NCBI GenBank assembly: GCA_951406725.2
Contig: OX597820.1
Location: 84,320,001-84,384,000, forward strand
Length of the DNA stretch: 64,000 bases
Reading direction: 5' to 3'
Origin: Octopus vulgaris
Lineage: Eukaryota
The number at the start of each line of letters is the position of its first letter. The stretch's first letter is position 1. The position numbers and the translations under genes are program-made. This document shows positions 14,085 through 26,178 of this stretch, piece by piece. The notes under the pieces are model-generated. The model worked only from the letters and a program-made list of their open reading frames with translations, did not search any database and had not been told where the DNA came from.

Positions 14085-15790
14085 TCCTTTATTTTGCCAC
14101 TATGGCTACAACTTAGTGGGGACACTACATAGACAGACACAACACCACAGTGGGGACAAAAGCATAAAACAAATCAAAAAGAGTCATATAAAAATGAAAA
14201 ATGAAATTGTTGCATGGTCCCCACTCTCGTGTAGTATCATTTGAATGTTTATATAAACTATTTACAATTGTTCTATTATCTTATTGTCTTTTATCTCGTT
14301 TTTCCTCTTTTTTTTAAACGATACTATTTTACTTTTTTCTTTCTTTCTTCAATAAAACAATTTTACTTACATTTCCTTTTTAATATCTCATGAGAGGTTC
14401 TAAACATTTTAGCTCCACTACAGGTGGCTATTCATCGAACTTCACCATCAATCTTGGCAGGTCAATCCCTTCTCCACACATGTCTTTCCATCTGTTTTAG
14501 GTGTCCTTGTCAACCACGATGGCCTTCACGTTCTCGGAATACATATCCGTGTGAACATTTACTCTTATAATATGTTTACACTTTAATAATTTCTTTTCAG
14601 TTTCTTTTGCGTACGTCACAAAATTCCATTGAACATTTACTTTTCTTATTTCTTTTCTCTTTTCCTGCTCCGTTTCTGGTACTTTTTTCTTTTCTTCCAC
14701 CAATCCGAACTGTCTTTCCAGTTGCGTGTCTAAATTTTTTTCTTCTGCCGGAACAGCTGATATCTTCATCAATGTCTCTTTCTTTTACAACTTCTCCTTG
14801 AACACTTCAAGTTCCTTTTCTCTTATTTCATCCACCACAAGTTTGTCTTCCTTTCTCCTTCTCTCCTCCTTTTCCATCTCTTCTTTTTTTTCTCCTGCTC
14901 TGGCGGAGAGCTCACTCTCCTACTTATCTTTTTTTAAACACCGTGAACCCCTCCTCCGTTGCTTTCTCCTTTAGCTCGACCTGTACCACCTGGTCCATGC
15001 TCTCCTGCTTCTCCGACTGCTATATCTGTTGTTCCCTCTGGGGGCAGCGGGCGATTAGGCGGCGTGCCCTCCACTACCTCTCTCAATCTTACGTCATCGG
15101 GCAGCACTGTCTCTTCGAAAATTCTCTTTCGGTCTTCCACTGTTGCTTGAACTGTTAACTCTATTCCATATCCCCAGTAGTTAACACTTTGGGTCATTGT
15201 GGCCTTCAGTATTTTGGCCTCCACATTCCTGTCATATATTATGGCTGTCATCAGTCATGCCTCTTTCAACTCTGGCGGCACTTTGCCATCTCGCACTCTG
15301 GCCACACTTTTGCCACAGTACGATGGCAAAAGTACCCAGTCGGACAATCTTATTGCTTCCATGGAGTGCTTAACTGCTTCCACTTCTGATGCAAAATCCA
15401 CCTCCAAGTACCGTACTTTCTTCCTCCTGTTATAAATGTGGTTAGTCATTTTATACTCTTCAAACATTCTTCAATATTCTCTATTGTCGCTATATCTATT
15501 ATCCTTGTTGCTATCTTCATTGTCTTATATATCACCGTTCTTTTCATTAATTTGGTTGCTAGTTCCCCGGGTGGCGTTAATTTCAGTGTGTTTTCGTCTC
15601 TTGACTGCAACCTCTTACATCCCTTCATATTTCGAGGTTCAACCTTTATTTCTCGTACCTCCAGCTTTTCCACGTCTATCCATTTTCCAGTTGAAGACGC
15701 ATAACTGTGGCCACCTGCTGGCGTTTTCTCCATTTTTCCACAATGGGAAAAACAGCAATTCAAAATAACACTAGCGGCAATTTGAGCAGT
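14085..15790 (-). mobile_element. ORF1/gag-like-only retroelement remnant, unit 1
   Basis: Frameshifted ORF pieces (HSYAS, TLKLTPP, YLEVDF, VRDGKVPPEL, YWGYGIEL, LPDDVRLREVVEG), K/E-rich linker, C-terminal KFDE*PPVVEL, 3' UTR ending AATAAAG; no RT. Confidence 0.7.
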
Positions 15791-15902
15791 AACATTCGAT
15801 GAAACAAATATTTAACAATATGACTGACGTCTAACATGACAAACAACAACTCATACCGCGTTCAGACAACCCTCTGCAAAGGAACACCAACGTCGTGATT
15901 TC

Positions 15903-17700
15903 TTTTATTAAACATAAGGCCTCTACAAAGATAGGACAATACAAAAACAGACAAAACAATGCAATGGGGGGACATAAAATCACATAGCGAATGAAATTAT
16001 GTATACAATGAAAATTGAGGATAGAATGACTTACCTGCCTCCCATAAGCAGGTACTTCCATTTTACTGGTTTTAAATAAAATTCTACTAATAGTTCACAC
16101 ATCCTGTCTTGCATGTATTGGTTTTCCATTTATTCTTTAAAAAAAAACACAAAGTAGCTATTTACACAATATATTCCAATAAATCTTAGAATGCCACCAC
16201 CGGCGGCAACTCATCGTAACGAAACTGTACCATTGTCACATCTATAGTTTCCTCAAACAACACCTTCAATCTATCTCCTGTTTTTTGTTTGTATGTTTTC
16301 TCTAGCAAAACTTCTTTCATACTTTCATTGTACCCAATCTTTTTTCTATATCTACTCTTTTTGTGAATTGTATCATCGTTCTTAGATTTTTCCTTTTTCG
16401 TGTCACTCTCTGCTTTCTTTCACCAATCTCTACTGTTACTGGTATCCCTTCCTCTGTTTGTCTCTCATTCTCTCTATGATTTTCCTCCTTCTTCTGTACT
16501 CTCTCCTTCTTGCTAGATGTTAGTAACTGTCTCTACGTTTGCTCCTCACTTATATTTGTTGACCTTCCAGTTTTTTTCTGGTCGTTTGTTTTTTCATGTT
16601 TTCCACTCTGCGTCTCCTCTCCCCTGTGCCTGTGTTACTTTTTCTTCCTCTTGACCACTGTATATTATTCTTCCATTTTTACCTCCTCTACGTTTAAACC
16701 CTCTTCTTCTTGATGTTCCTTCTCTATCCCCTCCTCTTCGTGATTCTGGTGGCAGCCATCCTCCATAACACAGAGGACGACGTTCAAATTTTGAAGATTC
16801 CAAGAACTACGGATGTGAACTACAGGGGAATATGGAGTGGAGGTATCGGTTCATAAAAGCTTACCAGACCTCCACAAAATTGCAGAAGACTTTTTAGTTT
16901 TCCGTGTTTATGTTAGGTCTCGATTTGTATTGTCATTACGTGTTGCACTTGTCGAACGAACCTTTTCTGTATAGCCTTATTATGGGTAATAAAGAAATAT
17001 TTGTCGTGAATGTTGTATCGTGTCATTTGATAGCCCGCTGCGTTTGTGTTGTTTTCTCTACATGTGACTGTTGTTACTGCTACATTTTTACTGTTAAACT
17101 GTTATATTACTGAATTGTCGGATTTATTGTATTTATTGTTGCTGGAATTTTATTTTCTTCCCCTGGCTGTCTCCCTCCATTCTCAATATTTGTTGGTACA
17201 TCTTGACACTTAGCTTTCATGTGTCCCCTTACTTCACATAGAAAGCATACTGGAAGTATTCCTTTGAGTACAATTCTCAACCTCATCTCGTCTGATAGTA
17301 CCAATACTTCTGCAATTTTGTGGAGGTCTGGTACGCTTATATGAACCGATAACTCCAGTCCATATCCCCTGTAGCTCACCTCCATAGTTCTTACAATCTT
17401 CAAAAATTTAGTATCGCCCTCTGTGTTATAGAGGATTGCTGTCACCACCCAATCCTCGTCAATTTCTGGGGGCATTCTACCAATCCTTACTCTGACTGCA
17501 CGTTTTTTTCTGTTTTTTCTATAACTTCTTTAGGCGGCGTCAGCCTCAGTGTGTCTCCCCCCATTCTCAATACGTGTTGGTACTTCTTGAAATTAGCTTC
17601 GTTTAGTTCAATTTCTCTAACTTGCAGTATATCTGCTGTTTGCCAGTTACTGCAGCGTAACTGCCTGCTGGTACTAGTTTACCTTCCATAATATTATCCA
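15903..17700 (-). mobile_element. ORF1/gag-like-only retroelement remnant, unit 2 (with CCHC zinc knuckle, internally rearranged)
   Basis: ORF 17107-17475: PPEIDEDWVVTAIL..YRGYGLEL..LSDEMRLRIVLKG..CFLCEVRGHMKAKC; C-terminal FRYDELPPVVAF at ~16190-16240; AATAAAAG end. Confidence 0.72.
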
Positions 17701-17885
17701 CAACCTCACCCATAAATGGGGAAGAAAATAAAATTCCAGCAACAATAAATACATTAAATCCGACGATTCAGCAATATAACAGTTTGACAATAACATTGTT
17801 GCAATAAGAAGACTCACATGGAGCGAAAGCATTTCAAACGCAGCAGGCAATCAAATGACACGATACAACATTCACGACAAATATT

Positions 17886-18712
17886 TCTTTATTACCCATA
17901 ATAAGGCTATACAAAACGAGATCTAACATAAACTGGTAAAACTAAAAGTTAATAAAAGATGACACACGTAAAAAATTTAAGAAACGAATATCATGAAAAT
18001 AATGAAAATGAGACGTAATGCCCACTCGACCTCCAAAGTCGAGTAGTTACATTGCTACATTATTTTATCACAGTCTTTTCTCTTATTCAAAGTTCACATT
18101 ATTTTCCTTCCCCACCCAAAAAAGTCCACAATATTGTATATTTTGAAATTTTTCTCATTCATCAGTTATGTTTTTATATTCCAACACAGACGGCGGGACG
18201 TCTCATAATCAAATTGATTTTATTTCTTTTATCACTTCTCCAAGTTCTCCAAATGTATCTCTAACTCCCGTGTAACTGTCTTTACGTATCATAATCCCTA
18301 TGTCGTCCGTTTCCTATTCTCCTCTGGGCAGTTCCATCCTCACCACTCTTTTCCATTTTGTAATAGTTTTTTTTTCATTTCTATACTCTTTTTATAAACA
18401 AGTTGTATTCCCTTATACTTGCATTCTTCTTCCTTTGATGCTACTTTGGCCGCTTGCACACTTTTAGATTTAAATTCCTTCTCACCTTTCTGTGTCTCCA
18501 TCTTAGTTTTCTTAGACTTTTTTCTTCCTTGTGCCTTTTTTCTTTTGGGGCTCATAAACTTATCACTCCCACCTTTCACTTCACTCCTTTCCTTTTTGTT
18601 GCTGGCTCGCTCGCCATCACTTTTATCTTCTTTCTTTTCTTTATCTTGTTTCTCCTCTTTCTCATATAGCGTAAATTCCGCCAAGGGAAACTGAGCCTTC
18701 ATATGGCCCCGT
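17886..18712 (-). mobile_element. ORF1/gag-like-only retroelement remnant, unit 3 (5'-truncated)
   Basis: Starts in the knuckle (RGHMKAQ), K/E-rich linker, QLVYKKSIEMKKKLL similar to unit 1 NFVTYAKETEKKLL; AATAAAG end. Confidence 0.62.
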
Positions 18713-18952
18713 GCCCCATAAATGTAGCAATTACGTTGAAAGACTACGTAAGATAGTAATCATGTACATTAAAATAAATATAACAAATAATCCAGAATCT
18801 TTGTGCGGTGCAGTGTCGATACCCAAATCTAATATGTTCGTTCCAGTCTCGAGGTCAAACATCCTTGAATGTTTTATCCGAATCCATCCTGCGGTTCTGG
18901 AGATATCTTAAGCACGGACAAATAAACACAACTGTAAAGGCGGAGGTAATAA
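18713..18952 (+). mobile_element. 3' part of a HINE/DINE-like (Helentron-type) non-autonomous element
   Basis: Ends ...ggacaaataaacacaac...aaggcggaggtaat. Possible 5' part (acaagagcactcagagagcgcaaaactccg) at 14047-14077. Family assignment is from recalled architecture only. Confidence 0.4.
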
Positions 18953-18989
18953 TATTAATAACAAAAACAACAACAACAACAATGATAAT

Positions 18990-19580
18990 AACGGTTTCGA
19001 AATTTGGCGGAAGGCCACAAATTTTAGGGGGAAGAGCAGTTTTAAACTGGTACATATTTGATCGAATTTGTCAGGATGAAATGCAAATTTGACCTTTACT
19101 GAACTTGAATTTAGAGCGTAAAGACGGACTAAAAGGAGAAGAGATTTTTTACCGCTGTACTAACGACTCTGTCACCTCTGCTCCTGTCATCCGAAAGTAC
19201 AGATTCCGCCGTGGTCGACATTGCCTTAATCCTTTCGGGCTCGATAATATAAGTGCCAGTTAAACTCTTGGATCGATACGATCGACTTGTCCTATTCCTC
19301 AAAATTGCTGTCCTTTTGCCAAAATTTGAAGGCATTGAAAAAATGCAGTGAGTTGGCAGAATCGTTAACAAGCCTGGTAAAATTCTTAGTGGTATTTCCT
19401 CGGTTTAAATGTACCGAATCTAAATATAACCGAGGTCGACTTTGCCGTTTATCCTTTCGGGATAGATTAATTAAGTATCAGTGAAACACTGGGGTCGATG
19501 TAATAGGCTAGTCTCTTTCTCTAAAATGTCAGGCCCTGTGATTTTAGTAGAAAGGATTATTATTATTATTATTATTATTA
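18990..19580. mobile_element. Cluster of three SINE family B copies (one minus, two plus) ending in (ATT)n
   Basis: gagttggcagaatcgttaac...ccgaggtcgactttgcc...cctttcggg...ggggtcgatgtaat at 19349-19560; partial copy at 19200-19340; reverse copy at 18990-19130. Confidence 0.78.
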
Positions 19581-20484
19581 AAACAGCAGAAAATAAAGTT
19601 TAAACCAGCTTTCATTTATGAGGCTCTGTCTCACTGAACATTGCACTGACTTTCAGGCTTCTGCATCGATTTATTTTCATCCTTGATTCTTCAAGGACAA
19701 TGCATCGTACAACTATGATGTACCTTAACAGAAATTAGGATGTAATGGCAATGCAAGGCTTATAACAAGAATAAATCGCATGATTTGAAAAGTGATGGTG
19801 AACGTTTTGTTTCCCTCCATCAAACTTGCAAATAAAACCGAAAATTGACTTATAATGAGTAGGCAAATAAGTAACATTGGTACATCATTTAATTAACGTA
19901 GATTAATTATATTTTTTTACCTACTGATAATGTTTGTTTTGTATTCTATGAAGTTGTAGGACATATGTGAAAACTAGATGTTACAAAAAGAGAATTACAT
20001 GATGATGGATAGAAGTAAGCGTAAAAGTACATGAAATAATCTATATATTGCTCATGAATTAACTATCGAAGTAAAAACTAAATGGCAACAACATTTGTAT
20101 TATTAATTACACAGAAGTAGAGAGCTAATAGTGCAATAATTATGGAGATTTTGTGTTTTTTGAAAATTATTTTCCGGATTACGCAGGTATTCGAACATTA
20201 TCTCCTTCAATGCCCTTTCCACATCCGCCTGGATGGCCGATCTCTGGCTGCTTTGTGTTTATGGAAATGCATTTGTACGTCACTCTTTATTTGTTTGTCC
20301 CTGCCAACAATTCGTGGGCTGGAATGATATCCACTCGCAATTTCTTTTATTTATTCAGCTGTCCCAGCCGGACACATGTCTTTCTGAAGCAGATTCATGC
20401 CGAAGAATTCCTTACTTATCGCCACCGTTGCAGCGAGGCATTGTTGGTAGTATTACTGTTGTTAATTAGAATTTTGCTATGTTG

Positions 20485-20950
20485 CTTCATTAGCTACAAG
20501 GGCCCAAATATAGAGGGGAACAAACAAGGGCACCACAGAGGGGACGATACATAGAACGAATATGGTCAGATGGTTATACAATAATGGGGTTATGAATGGC
20601 TGCATGCGCCCCTCATCACATGAGTTACCATTAATCTTTTTAAACTTTCCGTTTTTATCCTGTATTTAACTAACAATTAATTATCGTCTATTTGAACCGT
20701 TATATGTTGTCTAAAATTGTTCTTCTATTTTCCGATATTATTAAACATAACCTAAAACGCTTACTCTTTCTTTTTTTCTTTTTTTCCTCCTTTTTCTTTT
20801 TTCTTTTCTTTTTTCCTGTCGATTTGACATACTTGTTTACTTTTTAGTAATATTTCATTAGTGGGTCAATTTTTACTAAATCCACTACTGGTGGCAATTC
20901 TTTGAATTCCATCCTTACTCCTGGTGGGTCCTCTCAACGATTAGCCGGAG
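20485..20950 (-). mobile_element. 3' fragment of the same ORF1-only family (unit 4)
   Basis: Minus strand reads MEFKELPPVVDLVK at ~20870-20912, the same C-terminal motif as units 1-2. Confidence 0.5.
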
Positions 20951-20954
20951 ATGA

Positions 20955-21250
20955 CTTGGAAATAGAGGTCGAATGTGGAGTCTAAAAACAGAAATATTTC
21001 CTCTCATAGTGGGCGCATTATGTATGATAAAAATATTTAAACAAATACATAACAAAAACACCAGGACTAACAAATATATATATAACATACGGAAAATAGC
21101 ACTACTAGGCACTGCACACATCCTACGTAAAACACTTTCGATATAGTAACAATAAGACCATCACAGCAAACCACAGCACATACTCAAAGCACAAATGTGT
21201 GCTCGCTAGTGAAGTGAAAACACGTTATAAAAATAAAACTACTGAACAAT
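20955..21250 (+). mobile_element. R4/Dong LINE 3' end
   Basis: Translates ..IVGAL....IRKIALLGTAHILRKTL, the typical R4/Dong C-terminus, with a short 3' UTR ending in AAT repeats. Confidence 0.7.
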
Positions 21251-22331
21251 AATAATATCATTTTGGCACAATGCTAGCAATCCCGGGTCAAGGAGTAAGT
21301 CGATAAAATCCACCAAATTGTTCAACTGGCACTTACTTCTATCGACACGGAAACGAGGAAAACTAAAGTTGACATCAGCAGAATATTAACTCAGAACATT
21401 AGGACGGATGAATGATAATGATAATAATAATCACAACAATAACATGAACAGTCGGATATTTCACGAAGCAGCTTTAGTTCCTGATATATGTAAGGGAAGT
21501 AAAATTTTAGTTACGCAGACACACTGACATTCACTATAAGGAAATTTACGATTGTCTCAAACTTCTATATGAAACTAATATGCCTGTTTTTCACATACAC
21601 TGTGTACTACCTCTGAAAATACACTATTAACGCTGTAGTATATTACTACTCAATAGAAAAGACCCGTGTATCTCCCAATCAATATATCATCTGTCACATG
21701 TTTACATATTGTCATCAGCATGATCTGTTTATTTCTCCCTAAAGAAGTTGATGTGAACTTCTCCCCAGAAGCCAACTGAGATTCACGGGTAATATGCGTG
21801 AAAACATATTAAGATGGACTTTTCAAAGTTAATCTGAAAGATTTCTATTTTGTACTACTATGATTTCTTTTCTTATGACGAAAATATGGTTACGCAATTT
21901 AGTTCGAAAATGTTAGAAATATTAAGTATAGTAAATTTTCGCTGACGCGCGTAAACGTTGATGTCAGTGCTATAAGAAATATAATTTTTTTTTATGGTGC
22001 ATGTATTTCGTGTTTACTTTTATATCATATGAGCTATGTTGTGAAGTAAAGCGTTAGTAATGTGACTATTCCAATTTCATTTTAAACCAAATTGCTTGGT
22101 ATCGCTTTAACATCATTTAACTTATTCAATATATACTTCCTAAAAGTTGTAGCACATCACTCAGATGGACTCACATAAAACCAGACGCACATTTATCTCT
22201 CTTCCTTATTTCGTTGTATATAACTATATGCGCTACTCGCGTGTGATGCAGCCGTGTTTGTGTATCTGTGCGTGTGCCTGTATATATATATGTATGTGTG
22301 TGTGTGTGTGTTTATATATACATATACATTC

Positions 22332-22389
<58 letters not shown>

Positions 22390-22399
<10 letters not shown>

Positions 22400-22766
22400 G
22401 GCAGTTTGTCTGTGCGTGTTTCTATGTGTCTGTTTGCTTGTACCCTCACCCTGACCACGGCTTTCAACCGATTCTGATGAAACTTGACACACACATAGCC
22501 CAATGTCATAATTCAAAACTAACGCAGCGAAAATTTTGAAAAGTTCCCCCAGTTCTGAAAAAAAATCGATAAATTCGACATGGGGTCGAGAATCAGAAAC
22601 ACAAACCGCAAACTGTCTAGGTGACGCAACTCCACCTTTTTTAACTAAAAAAAAATTTACCATCATTTTTTTCCCATTTTTTTGCTATTTTTTGGCTATA
22701 ACTCTCTAAAAATGCTTTATAGTTATTTCCCTTACAAACCTGAGCAACGCCGGGCGATACTGCTAG
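22390..22766 (+). mobile_element. Non-autonomous Helitron sharing its 3' end with 11732-12126
   Basis: Ends ..cccttacaaacctgagcaacgccgggcgatactgCTAG|T; about 90 bp match the reverse complement of 11732-11820. 5' end merges into (TA)n. Confidence 0.8.
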
Positions 22767-25354
22767 TATATATATAAGATGAACCAAAATTGAACGAACA
22801 GCAAAGGAATGCAGTTAATTCGATATGCCATGCAATATTAAATTTAATACAAAATTAAAGTATACATCTAAAATAAGCTATTTATTATATCAATGCAATA
22901 GAAGGGCACGGAACTTTTTGTCAATGTGTGTATCAAAATCACTGGAGATTTTATCAACGATTGTGCTTAAATTTCAGTTCAAAACATTTTCTAAATATCG
23001 CCTAATACTGCAGCATACATTTTTGAATCAACATTTTGTGCATTGATTTTTTAAAATTTATCCACGGGGTAATTCTTGAAATCACCCATGATCAAAAATT
23101 CCTCTTCTAAAGTTAGTACTCCAATACTTCCCCTCAGAAAAACAATCCATTGAGTAAAGCCAGTTGGACATAAGTCCTAATCAAAAGGACTAAGTCGTAA
23201 AAATGCTTAATCAAGATCGAGATGCTTCCTGTCAAATGTTGAGCAATATAGGAGGGGTATTTTAGAGGAGACAAAGGTCATAGGAGGAAGGGCTTTCTTG
23301 TAACTATTGTACAACTCGAATTATTAGTATTTCAAGATACTTTCCCCCTGTGACTATTCTACAAAAATAGTTTGATATTAAAGACCCATACTTTAAATAT
23401 GACACGGATAATAACATCAGACTGGTTTACTTGCTGCTATAATGTTAAATTACGTTCTCATACCGTAATACTGCTTGATGTGTCATTAAATTTCATTTGA
23501 TTTCCCCCAACAGGTCATGAATTGACAATAGATTGTAAAAGTTTAGTCTCATAAACTTCATAATTCGAATTGTGAGTTTCACAAATATTAATTTTTCTTC
23601 ATTTCTTCTGCATCTTTTCTAGTGGACATTTTAAGGCTGGAATAAAAATCTTCATAATCATCTTGTGTATTATTCTTCGCGTAAACTAATTTGTCTTGAC
23701 CAGCTTGCATGTAAGCAGCCAGTTTCAAATTTACTATGAATCTGGTAAATTGAATGTCTGCATGTGGCATGAATATCAAGAAATGCAACGTCTTGTATGG
23801 TCTAAGAGGTAGAGGATTTAAGAATTCCAATACTCAGCAAAAACAGTTTTCTTGCATCAGTATTAAATTCTTTGACATTATGTGTTCTCTGAAGTATTTG
23901 GGAAACAATAAAATAATGCATTTAAATTCATACGTTAAATATAAATTTAAAATAATTTAGAGTATTTGCTATAATATAGCTAAAACCTAAATGTTATAGT
24001 TTAAACACTTCCGCCATATCATAACACACCCTATTCAACCGGTTGTCCATATACCCTCGGCTTACATACATACAAATACCTCTACGATCCTTTTTTTTAT
24101 TTTCGAGTGCACATCTAAATTCTTTAGATACACCAGCCCTCACAAACACCCCACACACAAACACACGCACACAAACAAGCGGGCGCACACACATACACAC
24201 ACACTTGCACACATAAAGTGTTGCAAAACAAACGAAAATGCAAAATCGAAAAATGTTTTTGATTTTAAGCTATATTCTAAAAGTATTGAAGTTAAAATTA
24301 ACATTAAACAATTCCAGAATCATCTACAAAATAAGAGGAACAGTCAAAGATTGTCATTCCAATTATAAAATTGCTGTGAATATGGAATCGTCCAAAATCC
24401 ATTAATAACACTGACATTTGGCCAGAACATCAATAAATCGTTCAACCATTAATCTATATAGTCATTCTATTTCCGTAAGCACCCAAATAAAAGTTTAAAC
24501 GACAAAAATTAACATTGACAGCTTTCTAAAATCATGTTCTCAAATTGATATAAATATCATTTACCGTTCAAATAAACTTACTCTATGTTACAGAAATAAA
24601 TTTATGTGTGCTATGATACGCGTATCCGAAATTCATTAGGGTAAATATTAATTCGTTTTCAAATCAAAGTATCATAAATTTCGTAATGAATTTGGTCTTG
24701 TAAATGATATAAATGTAATGTTAATTTTAGTTACATAGGGAATTAAAATTGCAAAATAACGATCCATAAGAAACTAAGGGAAATTTCATATAGTAAATTC
24801 AGTGTATGCAAATTTGTGTCCCGCTGGTGTCACTCGGAAAATATATGAGAATGGCATATAAGTCCATCATAGTCTATCCTAATTATTGAATTAAAAATGT
24901 TGCTACAGGAAGCACACACACACATATATAGGAAAAGAAAAGAAGGAAAGAAAGCAATAGTAACACAATGCGTATGATATAATTATATGACCTTATGATA
25001 TTTGTTTTATAAATCGTGTGAGGAAGAGTGTCTCGAATGTCAGTCGTTAGAAACGTGTTTTCGTGTGGTTAAGATTTTTCTTCTCTTATTTCTAACAATA
25101 CCGGTGGTCATTAGCACCCTCCGTCACTTAGTGACGACCATACATGTTGCATCTCGCCTATAAAATGTGAATGGCCAACTTAATAATTTTTCCACACCTA
25201 GGGTAACTGCCCGATGCTGTAAGGGTAATTATGTTACTAAACTGATGAGAGGAGGCCAGGAATAACTCGTCCTTGTTTTTTTCTTGTCCGTCTTCATCCT
25301 CTATCTGTCGGGATGATTTATTGTCGTCTCCTGCGTTCTTGTTCCAGTTTGGGG

Positions 25355-25405
<51 letters not shown>

Positions 25406-25540
25406 TAATTTTTATGTCTTAAATTTATAAGGTTCATGAAGTTATTTATTTACTTATTTAACTTATATACTTGTAATTTATTTGGACAAACATGGTGATA
25501 TATAAGGAGTAGTTATATATATATAAATGTGAGGAAAGTA

Positions 25541-25636
25541 GACCTGACGATTGAGAGTGCGTAAGCATAATTAGTTTTTGAATGAGACTTTGTGTCTTAG
25601 TAATACCATACGTACCCTCATGAAACGCGTGTAGTC
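25541..25636 (+). ncRNA. Type-I hammerhead ribozyme with intact core and long stem II
   Basis: GAC-CTGACGA-T-TGAGAGTGCGTA...TACGTACCCTCA-T-GAAAC-GCGT-GTA-GTC: stem I GAC/GTC, 12-position stem II (11 paired, 1 G-U), palindromic ACGCGT at stem III, GUA cleavage triplet. Confidence 0.8.
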
Positions 25637-25822
25637 CGTAATTTAAAATTTTGGGATTATGAATATAAATAGTAAGTATATTATTTAAATTTTACGGCTT
25701 TGTTGAGTTAATATCATTTGGAGTTGATGAAGTTGTGGGTGTTTCTATATCTAACAATATTTTGATAAATATGAATTAATTGTTAAAAGTAATTCAATTT
25801 AATATTTTGAATTCAATAGTTA

Positions 25823-26178
25823 TCGCCAAGCTAATATGGCATTTCAGAAATATAGGACGAATGCTGCCTTTGATTAGCTTCAAGAGGCCATCACCTCCAG
25901 CTAGCTAGGTGACACACGAACCTGTGTCCATTATAACCTTCGAACGGGGGAGGTGTTCGCCGAACCCAGCAGGCGTTGCTACTGACCGTTTGTTCGAAGG
26001 ATTATTTACCTAACTTCAGTGGAATACGTCCACTGCTTTTCTATAAAGACAAAATATTATTATTTCTAAATTTCTCTAAAGGAGATTACGGCAGCGGTAC
26101 TGGATATTAATATTTCTCGCCAAGCTAATATAGCGGTCCAGAAATATAGGACGAATGCTGCCGATGATTAGCTCCAAG
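25823..26178. repeat. ~294-bp unit plus ~60-bp partial tandem copy, structured
   Basis: tcgccaagctaatat..cagaaatataggacgaatgctgcc..gattagct.caag occurs at 25823 and again at 26117. Confidence 0.85.

Noticed and set aside
22474-22483. CTGATGAAA
   Set aside because: Part of the Helitron internal sequence; no hammerhead stems.
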